64,000 bases of DNA, taken from the IMG/VR virus record IMGVR_UViG_3300028602_000002, positions 32,001 to 96,000 of that record; one strand, 5' to 3'. The notes below the pieces were generated by a model that was not told the origin of the DNA, ran no database searches, and saw nothing but the letters and a program-made list of their open reading frames with translations. This DNA comes from a virus. Lineage: Duplodnaviria > Caudoviricetes. Positions 37,625-47,170 of the stretch are shown here, one piece after another (within the stretch, counting starts at the first letter, position 1; each line of letters starts with the position of its first letter). The position numbers were made by a program, and so were the translations under genes.

Positions 37625-39865
37625 ATGAGTTATACTTATGAGCATGGTAGTGGCACAGAACAAGACCCCTATCAGGTCTGGACAGCAGAAGATTTAGATG
37701 GGGTGAGGGATCATTTAACTGCATATTTCATCCAAATGAGCGATATAGATTTAAGTATTTACAATTGGGATCCTATTGGAAAGATGACTTCTTATAAAGA
37801 ATTTGAAGGATATTATAATGGAAATAATTTTAAAGTAAGTAACTTGCGGGTTGATAATTTTCCACTTGGTTTCAACTATAACTACAGAGGTCTTTTTGGA
37901 GTAACATGGGGGGCAACAATAGAAAATATTACTATAGAGAATGTTTTTATTGAAGAGGATGAATTTGGTGATAGTGGAAGATGTGGTGCATTGGTAGGAT
38001 ATGCAGCAAATCATACAGTAATAAAAAATTGTAAAATTAAAAATGGTGTTATTTATTCTCAAAGTTTTGGCGGTGGGCTTGTGGGGCTAGCATACGCCAC
38101 TATTGAAGATTGTATGGTTGAAAATGTCGTTGTATACGGTGATTACTTTGCTGGAGTTTTTGCGGGAGAAGCTAGTGGAAATATAAGTCGTTGCGGGGCA
38201 AAAGGAAAAGTTATTTTGTGTAGTTATGATATAGATTATGCCAATGCGGAATTAGGAGGATTTATTGCTGGTTACGACGGTGGGACTATTGAGAACTGTT
38301 ATTTCAATGGAGAATTGGTAGCCAGTGGATATGATGTATACAATTGGAACGGCATAGGTGGTTTTGCCAGTTATCTTTATGGTAATATTATTAACTGCTA
38401 CAGCGCTTGCAGGATGCAGGTTGACCTTACCGGAGAACCAATAGTGCATGGTTTTGTTGGATACGATGGAACGGATGCGATAACTAGCTCCTATTACGAT
38501 ATGAGCCTTGCCGGTTTTGAGGATGGCAGTAGCGTGATACCCAAAACTACCGCCGAAATGACTTATCCCTACTCTGATCCTGAAAATGTTTATATAGAAT
38601 GGGCATTTTATGATGAAAGTAAAGGAAATCCTGCGCTCACTCAATTTCAAAGAAGAGACTCTGTGCCTTTTATTTATTTCTTTATGCCTTCAGTACCGAA
38701 AATAAAGATATATAATAATAAAATTTATTATCTTTGGTCTGAACAAGTAGATGGTAGAGCACAAATTTTTACAGCAGAATCAAATCTTGATGGTTCAAAT
38801 TGGATAGCCACTCAGAGAACAACAGAAACATCTTCAACCAATGGGTCTTATGCGGAATCTTTTGATATTGCTGACGATGTGATGTATTTTATTTTTCTCA
38901 GAGATTGGAAGATCATTACTGCATCTATGGACATGGATACCTTTAACTGGGTTGAGACAGAGAGAACAACGACAGGTAGCATAAATAGTTATGAACAGTT
39001 TCCCAATCTAAAGGTTCATGGGGATAAAATTTATTATTTTTATTCTGGTGGAAGATATACAACAATTTTTGAGAAAGGACTTTGGTTTGCTTCTTCTAAT
39101 TTGGATGGCTCTGGGTGGTCAACTTCTCTGAAGTCAACAGGAGATATTTACTATGTTGATTTTAGGATATTAAATGGCGTTATTTATCTTGTATATGAAA
39201 AAGACAATGAAATATATACTGCTTCAGTAAATATTGATGGCACAAATTGGTCGGAAACACAAAGAACAAATTTTGGATCAGAGGATAAAGATCTTTATTA
39301 CACTAGAATGGAAATTGTAGATGGAAAAATTTATTATATATTCAATGTATACGCTGATTTTGAAGAAACATCTGATTGGACAGAACATATTTACTTGGCT
39401 ACTACGAATCTTGACGGAACTGGATGGCAAATAGAAAGGAAGACTTTTGGAGATTGGTATTATGACATACCTGAGTTTTATTACTCTCCAGAAAAAAGAG
39501 GTTTTTATCTTGTAACTTCAAAAAACACACTTGCTTGGGATGGGTGTAAGTTAGCTATTAAATTTTTTGGTTTGAATGGGTCAGACTTTGAAGAAATTTA
39601 CGAATCCACACTACAAGAAAATACTATTTTTACATCTAATCTCGTTTTTTATGAAGAAAAACTGCATCTCATATGGAGAAAAAAAGAAGGTGGAACTGCA
39701 AATAATTATTATTTATATACGGGAATCATGGAATTTCCAATTTGGAAACATGATGTTGATTATAGTATGAATGATGGATACCCTTATTTTTACTGGCAAC
39801 CTGTTCTAATAATTCCTAAAGTAATAAAATTCCTATTCAAAGTCCCTAAATTAATACAAGTTTAA
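37625..39865 (+). CDS. GLUG-repeat fibre/receptor-binding protein with an inserted beta-propeller
   Basis: GSGT..DPYQ.....DL..VR, GGLVG-type repeats, TTAEM, about six NLDGxxW blades, NDGYP. Confidence 0.7.
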   Translation: MSYTYEHGSGTEQDPYQVWTAEDLDGVRDHLTAYFIQMSDIDLSIYNWDPIGKMTSYKEFEGYYNGNNFKVSNLRVDNFPLGFNYNYRGLFGVTWGATIENITIENVFIEEDEFGDSGRCGALVGYAANHTVIKNCKIKNGVIYSQSFGGGLVGLAYATIEDCMVENVVVYGDYFAGVFAGEASGNISRCGAKGKVILCSYDIDYANAELGGFIAGYDGGTIENCYFNGELVASGYDVYNWNGIGGFASYLYGNIINCYSACRMQVDLTGEPIVHGFVGYDGTDAITSSYYDMSLAGFEDGSSVIPKTTAEMTYPYSDPENVYIEWAFYDESKGNPALTQFQRRDSVPFIYFFMPSVPKIKIYNNKIYYLWSEQVDGRAQIFTAESNLDGSNWIATQRTTETSSTNGSYAESFDIADDVMYFIFLRDWKIITASMDMDTFNWVETERTTTGSINSYEQFPNLKVHGDKIYYFYSGGRYTTIFEKGLWFASSNLDGSGWSTSLKSTGDIYYVDFRILNGVIYLVYEKDNEIYTASVNIDGTNWSETQRTNFGSEDKDLYYTRMEIVDGKIYYIFNVYADFEETSDWTEHIYLATTNLDGTGWQIERKTFGDWYYDIPEFYYSPEKRGFYLVTSKNTLAWDGCKLAIKFFGLNGSDFEEIYESTLQENTIFTSNLVFYEEKLHLIWRKKEGGTANNYYLYTGIMEFPIWKHDVDYSMNDGYPYFYWQPVLIIPKVIKFLFKVPKLIQV

Positions 39866-39888
39866 TATAGAGTAAAAGGGGGAAAACT

Positions 39889-40092
39889 ATGGGAGTTTAT
39901 TCATATTCAGCAATAGCTGGAGTTTCTAATTCATGGGTAGCTCCGCCTGGAGTTACCTATGTAGATTGGGATTTTGGTAGTATATGGCATCATGATTATC
40001 GAGGTAGTTTAAATGATGGTTATCCTCAATTTGAAATAACTGCACCTTCTGCGGTTAAAAAATTTATTTTTAAAGTTCCTTATAAAATTTGA
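39889..40092 (+). CDS. Short relic/mini paralogue of the GLUG fibre C-terminus
   Basis: WDFGSIWHHD..SLNDGYPQF...KFIFKVP matches the end of 37625-39865. Confidence 0.6.
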   Translation: MGVYSYSAIAGVSNSWVAPPGVTYVDWDFGSIWHHDYRGSLNDGYPQFEITAPSAVKKFIFKVPYKI

Positions 40093-40147
40093 GGTAAATT
40101 TTATAAACTTTTAAAATTCATCCTTTTGATTTAAGGGGGAGAGCAAT

Positions 40148-41890
40148 ATGTCTTATATATACACACATGGTTCAGGCACAGTAGAAGATCCTTACCAGAT
40201 ATGGACTGCGGCAGACTTAAACGGGGTTAGGGATTATTTGTCTGCTCATTTCATACAAATGGCAGATATAAATCTAAGCAGTTGGGGAAATTGGATACCT
40301 ATTGGGGAGACTTTTTCTACTTCTTTTACTGGATTATATAATGGCAACGACTTTAAAATTGATCATTTGCAAGATAAGTCTTTATTTGGATACGGGCAGG
40401 ATTGTGTAATAACCAATACTCACATAACAAACGCTACTGTAGCAGACCAAGGAATACTTTTTCAAGAAATTAATATTGATAATCCTCATGAACCATATAA
40501 TCTTTATAATTGTTCTGTTCAAGGATCAATAACTAACTCAGGGACAAATGCGTTTACAAGAATTGGGGGATTGGGAACTATTCTTTACTGCTCCTTTCCC
40601 GTAAAAGTTAAAGATTTATCTGCCAATATAATCATGAATCTTTCTGTTCGTAGGGAAGTAGGAGGAATGTTTGCCCAAGCTAGGAGGGTAACGTTAGAGG
40701 ATTGTACTTCTACTGGGATAATCAGCATATCAGAGGTAACTTCGGGTTCATCGGCGTATATCGGGGGACTGATAGGCGATCTTTCAGCAGCAGGTGAGTA
40801 TGGAGTAAGTGGTTGTTCCTCAAGTTGCGATATTGAGGTAGAAGCTACCGGAAACGATTTTATAATAGGGGGTTTAATAGGGGAGGCCACTGGCCCATTA
40901 AGTAATTGTTATGCAACAGGTAATGTAATTCTAATAACTTCTAATAATTATAGAACTGCATTGGGAGGTTTAATTGGTAATCATTGGGGTGAACCGCCAC
41001 TGGAGGATTGCTATGCTACTGGGAATGTTTCTGGAGGTGATTATTCGGGAGGGTTGATAGGAACTCTATCTTCGTGGTATTTCGTCAAGGCTTGTTATGC
41101 TACGGGTAATGTTGATGGTAATACTGCGGGGGGATTAATTGGAAGAGCTTCTTCTGAGGATTGTATTGACTCTTATGCTAAGGGAAAGGTAACCGGACTC
41201 TCTGTTGCTGGAGGATTAATTGGGCAATGTAACTGTATCCAGGTAATAAATTGTTACAGTGTTGGTGAAGTTAATGCTCCAACCAAGGGGGGGCTAATCG
41301 GATCGTGGGGATCGGATAATTGTTTTAATTGTTATTATGATTCCCAAACGTCAGGATGTTCCGACACTGGCAAAGGCGAACCCCGTACAACTGCTGAAAT
41401 GACCTACCCTTACTCTGACCCAGAAAACGTCTTCATAAATTGGGCATTTTATGAAGAAAATGAAGATTGGGTTTGGGTACATGATAAACCTGAAAACAAA
41501 TATGACGTTACTTGTACAATTACTGATAACAATTTTATTATTGATACTTGCTTAGTTTATGGTTCAAATCGTGCTTTTTGTGAATATCGTTACTTGGCAT
41601 ATTTATTACATCAAGAGGCTTATTGGGATGATTATAATTTAATTTTTGCAGGATACGATTTAACTGAACATATAAAAGAATATGATGATATAGTATATTT
41701 ACCCGTTAGATATATTGCACAAGATTTACTTAAACTTAGGGTAAATTGGGATGAAACAAATCAACAATTGCATATTGCAGGAAGCGTATTTGGCCCGATT
41801 AATAATGGTTATCCACATTTTACTCCAAGGGTAGCAGTAGTAATCCGTTATCTAACAGCAATCTCAGGTGGGACTGTCTCGCCACTATAA
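40148..41890 (+). CDS. Second GLUG-repeat fibre protein with an inserted copper-amine-oxidase-N-like domain
   Basis: Same N-terminus as 37625; many GGLIG / CYATGNV repeats; YLPVRYIA..L...VNWD. Confidence 0.7.
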   Translation: MSYIYTHGSGTVEDPYQIWTAADLNGVRDYLSAHFIQMADINLSSWGNWIPIGETFSTSFTGLYNGNDFKIDHLQDKSLFGYGQDCVITNTHITNATVADQGILFQEINIDNPHEPYNLYNCSVQGSITNSGTNAFTRIGGLGTILYCSFPVKVKDLSANIIMNLSVRREVGGMFAQARRVTLEDCTSTGIISISEVTSGSSAYIGGLIGDLSAAGEYGVSGCSSSCDIEVEATGNDFIIGGLIGEATGPLSNCYATGNVILITSNNYRTALGGLIGNHWGEPPLEDCYATGNVSGGDYSGGLIGTLSSWYFVKACYATGNVDGNTAGGLIGRASSEDCIDSYAKGKVTGLSVAGGLIGQCNCIQVINCYSVGEVNAPTKGGLIGSWGSDNCFNCYYDSQTSGCSDTGKGEPRTTAEMTYPYSDPENVFINWAFYEENEDWVWVHDKPENKYDVTCTITDNNFIIDTCLVYGSNRAFCEYRYLAYLLHQEAYWDDYNLIFAGYDLTEHIKEYDDIVYLPVRYIAQDLLKLRVNWDETNQQLHIAGSVFGPINNGYPHFTPRVAVVIRYLTAISGGTVSPL

Positions 41891-41928
41891 ATATGCAGTC
41901 ACTATTTACCAGTTTTGGAGGTGGACAG

Positions 41929-42243
41929 ATGTCAGATGAAACAAGAGGAAAAGAATGGTATGGCAATAAAGAGCTATATGAGATGTTTCTAAATCTTAAG
42001 AAAGAGTTCTTAGAATTAAAGGCAGAGCTATCCTTAACACGACAATTCATTCAGCAATATAACCACCTGCAAAAAACTTTAAATCTTTGTATGGAAAAAA
42101 TAGATCAGTTAGAGAAGATAGAAGATATTACTTTTGGAATGAGTAAAGGTAAGAAAGATATACTTATAGCAATTCGTAAATGGGGCGGTTGGGTAGTAGG
42201 AACAGCCGCCTCTGCGATTGCCATTTATGCTCATTTTACTTAA
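41929..42243 (+). CDS. Coiled-coil protein with C-terminal membrane segment (lysis-associated)
   Basis: GGAGGTG RBS; hydrophobic C-terminus; precedes the endolysin. Confidence 0.55.
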   Translation: MSDETRGKEWYGNKELYEMFLNLKKEFLELKAELSLTRQFIQQYNHLQKTLNLCMEKIDQLEKIEDITFGMSKGKKDILIAIRKWGGWVVGTAASAIAIYAHFT

Positions 42244-42262
42244 TGTAGAAAGGGGTGATAGA

Positions 42263-42940
42263 ATGAGTTTAAATCTTTCCTTCCCTTATATCCGTAATCA
42301 TATACCTTTAACAACTCCACATAGAAGAAGACCAGGTACTAGAATAACTCCTCAGTCAATTACAATACATTCTACAGCAAATCCTAATTCAACAGCTATC
42401 AATGAAAGAAATTGGTTAGTTAATCCTTCTAATACAAGAACAGCCTCTTGGCATATAGCTGTTGATGACAGACAGGCTGTAGAAGCTATCCCATTGAATG
42501 AAGTTGCCTATCATGCAGGAGATGCTACAGGCAATAGAACTAGTATTGGAATAGAAATATGTGAGAGTGGAGATAGACAGAAAACATTAAGAAACGCTAT
42601 ACAGCTCACAGCGGCACTCCTTAAAGAAAGAAACTGGGGAATAAATAGATTAAAAAGACACTTTGATTGGTCTGGGAAACACTGTCCAAGAATTCTAATG
42701 GCTAATAATTGGGCTGGATGGAAAAATTTCTTACAAGAGGTGGAAAAAGAATTGAAACCACCAAAACCTTTACCACAAATACAAGATAGAGTTGGATTGG
42801 TTTTTAGGGGAACAAGAGTTACAGATTTTGATGCTTATCTAATTGATAGTACTACTTACGTTCCATTAAGATTTCTTTCTGAAAGACTGGGAGCCAGAAT
42901 AAGGTGGGACAACGAAACAAGAACGGCTCATGTAGATTAA
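42263..42940 (+). CDS. Endolysin: N-acetylmuramoyl-L-alanine amidase (Amidase_2) with a C-terminal copper-amine-oxidase-N-like binding domain
   Basis: ITIHSTAN, ASWH..VDD, AYHAGD, SIGIEIC, HFDWSGKHCP; TYVPLRFLSERLGARIRWD. Confidence 0.9.
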   Translation: MSLNLSFPYIRNHIPLTTPHRRRPGTRITPQSITIHSTANPNSTAINERNWLVNPSNTRTASWHIAVDDRQAVEAIPLNEVAYHAGDATGNRTSIGIEICESGDRQKTLRNAIQLTAALLKERNWGINRLKRHFDWSGKHCPRILMANNWAGWKNFLQEVEKELKPPKPLPQIQDRVGLVFRGTRVTDFDAYLIDSTTYVPLRFLSERLGARIRWDNETRTAHVD

Positions 42941-42954
42941 AAGGCGGTGAATTT

Positions 42955-43161
42955 ATGATTTATCCAAATTATAAAGAAAGAGTTATAGCAGCTCTTTTGA
43001 AATCAGAGGGACCAAGAAGAATGAGACAACTACTAGAACATGACTATGACATTAGAAGAATTATGAGATGTGATGAAAATGAATGTATTAAGTGGAGAGA
43101 GTGCGGTGGAATAAGATTAAATTTATCTTCTCCTATAGGGGAGGTAAAAGAAGATGAGTAG
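42955..43161 (+). CDS. Hypothetical protein
   Basis: AGGCGGTGA RBS before ATG 42955. Confidence 0.55.
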   Translation: MIYPNYKERVIAALLKSEGPRRMRQLLEHDYDIRRIMRCDENECIKWRECGGIRLNLSSPIGEVKEDE

Positions 43162-43720
43162 CGCATCTATTTCTCCACATATTATAGAACAATTGAAACC
43201 GTTATTAGAGTTAGATATTAACATTCTTCTTTTGGTTGTATTTGTTTATATCTCAGTAGGTGTATTCTTCGTAGAAGGAACATACGAAATTATTAAAGTA
43301 GTCTTAAGTAAAGTTTTCAATATTAAACCTGATGTAGAGAAAAAAATTGCTGTATTTGAACAACAGAGAGATGAAGTTTTAGCTAGAGCTGAAGCCGCTA
43401 CTGATATGGAATTAGAAATGATGTATAAAGATGTGGCTAGAAAAATTTTAAGAGATATAGAACAATTAATTCACAGGAAAGCGGATGATAATTGGATGGA
43501 TGTAATTATTCCAGCTAGTATAGGAATGATTAGTGTATTCCTTTTCTACCCTAATACTATTTTTTCATGGCTACCTTTTGCGATGGTTAATTTTCCAGTT
43601 GAATTAATTGTTACAGGAGTTATTTTTTATCGAGGTTCTAATCTAGCACATGGTGGAGGTAATAAAGTTGGTAGTCTCTTTGAAAGTTTAATAGGTAGAA
43701 TATCTGGAGTAAGGTTTTAA
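43154..43720 (+). CDS. Membrane protein, holin-like
   Basis: Three hydrophobic segments; C-terminal TG....RGSN..H; in the lysis cassette. Confidence 0.55.
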   Translation: MSSASISPHIIEQLKPLLELDINILLLVVFVYISVGVFFVEGTYEIIKVVLSKVFNIKPDVEKKIAVFEQQRDEVLARAEAATDMELEMMYKDVARKILRDIEQLIHRKADDNWMDVIIPASIGMISVFLFYPNTIFSWLPFAMVNFPVELIVTGVIFYRGSNLAHGGGNKVGSLFESLIGRISGVRF

Positions 43721-43741
43721 ATATAGAAAGGAGGAGATACA

Positions 43742-45010
43742 TTGCCAATTAAGTATCTTGGAAACTATGAACAACGCATGAGTAAGTGGGCTACTCTTAA
43801 AGAGAATATAGATAAAATAGAAAAAGAAGGAAAAATGATTTATATAGATAGAGAAAAAGCTGATTCATTGCCCACTAAGTTAGTGGAGAGAGTAAGAGTA
43901 ATTAGACAAAAACCAAAATTTTGTGTAATTCCTAGTCCTCCTGATGATAGAGATTATCGACTTTGTCAACTAAATATACAAGCACTGAGAAATTCAGAAC
44001 TACCCAAGAAAGTGATTAATCCTCCACCTCCTTGGATTTTAGATCAAGAGAATACACCTTTTTGTGGTGGTGCTTCTGGTGCTGGTAGTGGTAATGCTCA
44101 TTATAAGCGGTTTAAGAGATTACCATATAAGGGTTTCAGTATGACTTTTTTATATTGGTTAGCTAAAATGTACGATGGAGCCCCTGATGTAGAAGGAACA
44201 TATATAAGAACAATTAATAAAGTTATGAAAAAATATGGATTATGTGAAGAAGTTCTAGCTCCATTTGATAAAATGAAAACTTGGTCAGCTATAACAACTG
44301 AAATGATTGAGAATGCTGAACAGTATAAGATTGAATCTTACGGGATTTTAGATGATATACAAGATATAAAATCAGCACTCGCTGACGGAAACTATGTTAT
44401 AATAGGAACTATTGTAACCAGCAAAAACTGGAATACTGAAGATGGTTTCCTAGGATTACCTCATGGATATATTCTGGGTGGTCATGCTACTTTTCTCTAT
44501 GGATATGATGATGATTTAGAGCATGGAAACCATAAAGGATACTTTTATGGGGTAAATAGTTGGGGAGATAGCTGGGGAGATGAAGGTAAATTCTACCTTC
44601 CTTATGACTACTACCACTGGGAAAGCAAAGATATTCCAGGATTTGTAGCTTTCTTAGAAGCTTGGGCTGTAAAGTTTCAAGAGTTAACTCCACCCAATGA
44701 CGAAGATGATGATGAGAATGACGATGAAGATGAGGATGAAGAAGAAATAATTGATCCAAATGTTTTTTATCGAGTAATAACTGGTAGTTTTAATAGTCGC
44801 AAGAAAGCTGAACAAAGAGTTTTAGATTTAAAAGAAAAAGGATTTGATTCTTTTATTCTAAAATATAACAAAACAGAAGATGAAGAAAATGATCAAGAGG
44901 AAGAAAATGGAAATGACGGCAATGACATGATAGAGTGTCCCGCTACTTTTTCTATGGCGGTTAAATGTCTTGTGAGAGCCGTACTAAATATATTTAAAAG
45001 AAAGGGGTAA
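43742..45010 (+). CDS. Papain-family (C1) cysteine peptidase with a C-terminal SPOR domain
   Basis: DQENTPFC (oxyanion Q, catalytic C), GGHA, NSWGDSWGDEG; YRVITGSFNSRKKAE...KGFDSFI between acidic linkers. Confidence 0.85.
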   Translation: MPIKYLGNYEQRMSKWATLKENIDKIEKEGKMIYIDREKADSLPTKLVERVRVIRQKPKFCVIPSPPDDRDYRLCQLNIQALRNSELPKKVINPPPPWILDQENTPFCGGASGAGSGNAHYKRFKRLPYKGFSMTFLYWLAKMYDGAPDVEGTYIRTINKVMKKYGLCEEVLAPFDKMKTWSAITTEMIENAEQYKIESYGILDDIQDIKSALADGNYVIIGTIVTSKNWNTEDGFLGLPHGYILGGHATFLYGYDDDLEHGNHKGYFYGVNSWGDSWGDEGKFYLPYDYYHWESKDIPGFVAFLEAWAVKFQELTPPNDEDDDENDDEDEDEEEIIDPNVFYRVITGSFNSRKKAEQRVLDLKEKGFDSFILKYNKTEDEENDQEEENGNDGNDMIECPATFSMAVKCLVRAVLNIFKRKG

Positions 45011-45015
45011 GAGCT

Positions 45016-45264
45016 ATGGAAGAACAACCTTGGTTCTTGAAGATTGAATTTTGGACTGCTTTAGTAACTGCTCTAGTAATTTTTTTAGGAGAGCAATTTG
45101 GAATTGAATTGAGTGTGGAGCACATTGTTGGTATTATTGGTGTACTTGTTGCCTTCTTCTGGAAGAAATCAAAAGATGAAGATAGGGCAGCAATGGAAAG
45201 AATGATGGAAAAAGAAATTCAGCTAGAGGTAGCTAAAGCTAAGCGACTAAAGTTAGAGAAGTAG
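45016..45264 (+). CDS. Holin-like two-TM protein
   Basis: K.EFW, two TM helices, charged C-terminus. Confidence 0.6.
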   Translation: MEEQPWFLKIEFWTALVTALVIFLGEQFGIELSVEHIVGIIGVLVAFFWKKSKDEDRAAMERMMEKEIQLEVAKAKRLKLEK

Positions 45265-45273
45265 AGTTTTTAT

Positions 45274-45311
45274 AAAAAAATAGGTGCACTCTTGTAGTGC
45301 ACCTTTTTTTT
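45274..45311. terminator. Bidirectional rho-independent terminator ending the late arm
   Basis: A7-T-AGGTGCACT-CTTGT-AGTGCACCT followed by a T run. Confidence 0.9.
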
Positions 45312-45321
45312 ATGTCTAGTC

Positions 45322-45626
45322 TTATTTGGTAATAATTTACGCATATTTTCATATCCGAAAAAAATAACCATAAAAGTAACTGTTTATTTTCGTCTTGTAG
45401 AATTATTTTAACACTTCTTAATAGTATTAAGAAGTCTTTAAACTAAGACCAGAAACATAAATTTGAAAAAAATATGCTTTATGTTTATAGAATTCTAATA
45501 TAGCGGCTATTATAGAATGTATATTTTATTTGGTTTGAATTAACACATATTTTCATACCCGAAAAATTAAACCATAAAAGTAGGGGTTAATTTTCCTCTC
45601 TCAGAGTTAATTTAAGATATCTTAAT
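45322..45626. repeat. Two degenerate ~101 bp direct repeats (45322-45422, 45526-45626) with palindromes
   Basis: Shared blocks TTATTTGGT, CATATTTTCATAyCCGAAAAA, AACCATAAAAGTA, ATTTTC, TCTTAAT at a 204 bp offset. Confidence 0.85.
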
Positions 45627-45655
45627 CTTCTATAACATACTTAACAACAAACACA

Positions 45656-45683
45656 AAAGCCCAATTTTTATAAATTGGGCTTT
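45656..45683 (-). terminator. Terminator ending the replication arm
   Basis: AAAGCCCAATTT-TTAT-AAATTGGGCTTT just past the RuvC-like stop. Confidence 0.75.
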
Positions 45684-45688
45684 GGGCT

Positions 45689-46168
45689 TTACCAACCAGC
45701 TTGCATATATAAATGTTCCGCTATACAAATAGCTTCAGCGGCATCTTCTTTAGCCTCTACTCCATACTTCTCTTTCACTTTTGCTATTGCATTTATCTTT
45801 TGTTCTTCCCTTTTTCTACCTTTTATTCCACAGGTTTTACGCCATGTTCCAGGTGGAATTACTTCATATTTTATATCTTTTGTATCAAAGAAATATTCAA
45901 TAGCTCCTAAAACCTTCGCCAGAGTTATAGTTGTTTTGTAATTGATTTGATTTCCTTTTATATCTTCTAACCCAACAATCGTTTCTTTTGTAAGATAATC
46001 CCAAAAAGTAGCAAGGAATTCTTTAATAAGTTTATTACTTCTTTGTATGGCGTTCTCACCAGTAATATTAAATACTCCATAAAGTATTAATTTACCTTCT
46101 TCATCTAATAAAGCATATCCAGTTTTTCTAGAAGATTGATCTAATCCAATATAAAATTTCTTCCCCAT
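45689..46168 (-). CDS. RuvC-like Holliday junction resolvase
   Basis: IGLDQSSRKTGYA, GLED, P..WRK..G, EDAAEAICI. Confidence 0.85.
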   Translation of the reverse strand: MGKKFYIGLDQSSRKTGYALLDEEGKLILYGVFNITGENAIQRSNKLIKEFLATFWDYLTKETIVGLEDIKGNQINYKTTITLAKVLGAIEYFFDTKDIKYEVIPPGTWRKTCGIKGRKREEQKINAIAKVKEKYGVEAKEDAAEAICIAEHLYMQAGW

Positions 46169-46169
46169 A

Positions 46170-46643
46170 TTAATCAGGCCTTTCATATTTCTCTACAAAT
46201 TCTAATGGAACTGTTAATCCATACTTTCCATCTTGAGCTTGTATATAATATCTATCCATCCCTTTTTCTAAAAACATAGTAGGTTTATTTTTATAGCGGA
46301 TTACTAAGTATAGAAAAATATCATTTTTACCAACAACTGTAGCATAATACTTGCCATCTTGGTCATATAGTTTATAACCATTAGGAAAATCTAATGGCAT
46401 AATAACTTTTATTAATGTTAAATGAGAAGACTCTTTAATTCTTCTTTCATACATCCTATTCAACCAAGTTAAATTTTTATATGATTTACGATTTACTTTC
46501 TTATATTTTTTGTCGGTAATTCCTAGGCTTCTTTTAGTAGCTTTTGCTAAAACTATAATTTCTTTTGTGTAAATATACAAACCATACTCAGTTTTAACTT
46601 GAGGAGCATTTTCTAGTTCAGTATTATTAAATTCTTTATTCAA
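46170..46643 (-). CDS. Hypothetical protein (start uncertain)
   Basis: ORF; TTG at 46643 avoids overlap with dUTPase. Confidence 0.55.
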   Translation of the reverse strand: MNKEFNNTELENAPQVKTEYGLYIYTKEIIVLAKATKRSLGITDKKYKKVNRKSYKNLTWLNRMYERRIKESSHLTLIKVIMPLDFPNGYKLYDQDGKYYATVVGKNDIFLYLVIRYKNKPTMFLEKGMDRYYIQAQDGKYGLTVPLEFVEKYERPD

Positions 46644-46653
46644 TAAACTCTCA

Positions 46654-47151
46654 CTATTTCGTTCCTGTGCTATTGAAACCACCCTCTCCTCTTTCAGTGA
46701 CACCTAATTCTTCCAAAGTTTCAACTTCTTCTATAGGATACTGAGGAGCCATTTCTATTTCTCCTTGACATATTCTCATAAATGGCTCAACTACAAAAGG
46801 TTTACCTCCACAGTTCTGTAAAATAACTTTTACTTCTCCACGATAATCACTGTCAACAGTTCCTGGAGAATTAGTTATGGTAATTCCGTGCTTTCCTGCT
46901 AAACCAGAGCGAGGCTTTAAAGTAAGTTTATGGTTCTTAGGAACTGCTACTTTAATACCAAGAGGAATAATACAGATTTCTTCTGGTTTAATTAAAACAT
47001 TTTCTGTATTAGCAGAGTAAAAATCCATAGCGGCAGCTTCTTCTGAACTATACTTTGGTAATGGAACTTTCTCTCCATTTTCTAATTCCAACCTATAGAT
47101 TAGCATTTGTGGAAGTAGAGACCTGAGTGTTTGTCTTATTGCTTTTTCCAT
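46654..47151 (-). CDS. dut: Trimeric dUTPase
   Basis: AAMDF, PRSGLA, GTVDSDYRGE, RICQ, RGEGGFNSTG. Confidence 0.95.
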   Translation of the reverse strand: MEKAIRQTLRSLLPQMLIYRLELENGEKVPLPKYSSEEAAAMDFYSANTENVLIKPEEICIIPLGIKVAVPKNHKLTLKPRSGLAGKHGITITNSPGTVDSDYRGEVKVILQNCGGKPFVVEPFMRICQGEIEMAPQYPIEEVETLEELGVTERGEGGFNSTGTK

Positions 47152-47170
47152 TTAATTACCTCCTAATATT

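Noticed and set aside
37625-41890. Diversity-generating retroelement or invertible shufflon at the fibre genes
   Set aside because: No reverse transcriptase or invertase in the window. The repeat copies differ mainly at synonymous positions rather than only at adenines, and all copies are in direct orientation.
45322-45626. CRISPR mini-array
   Set aside because: Only two long degenerate copies; no repeat-spacer periodicity and no cas genes
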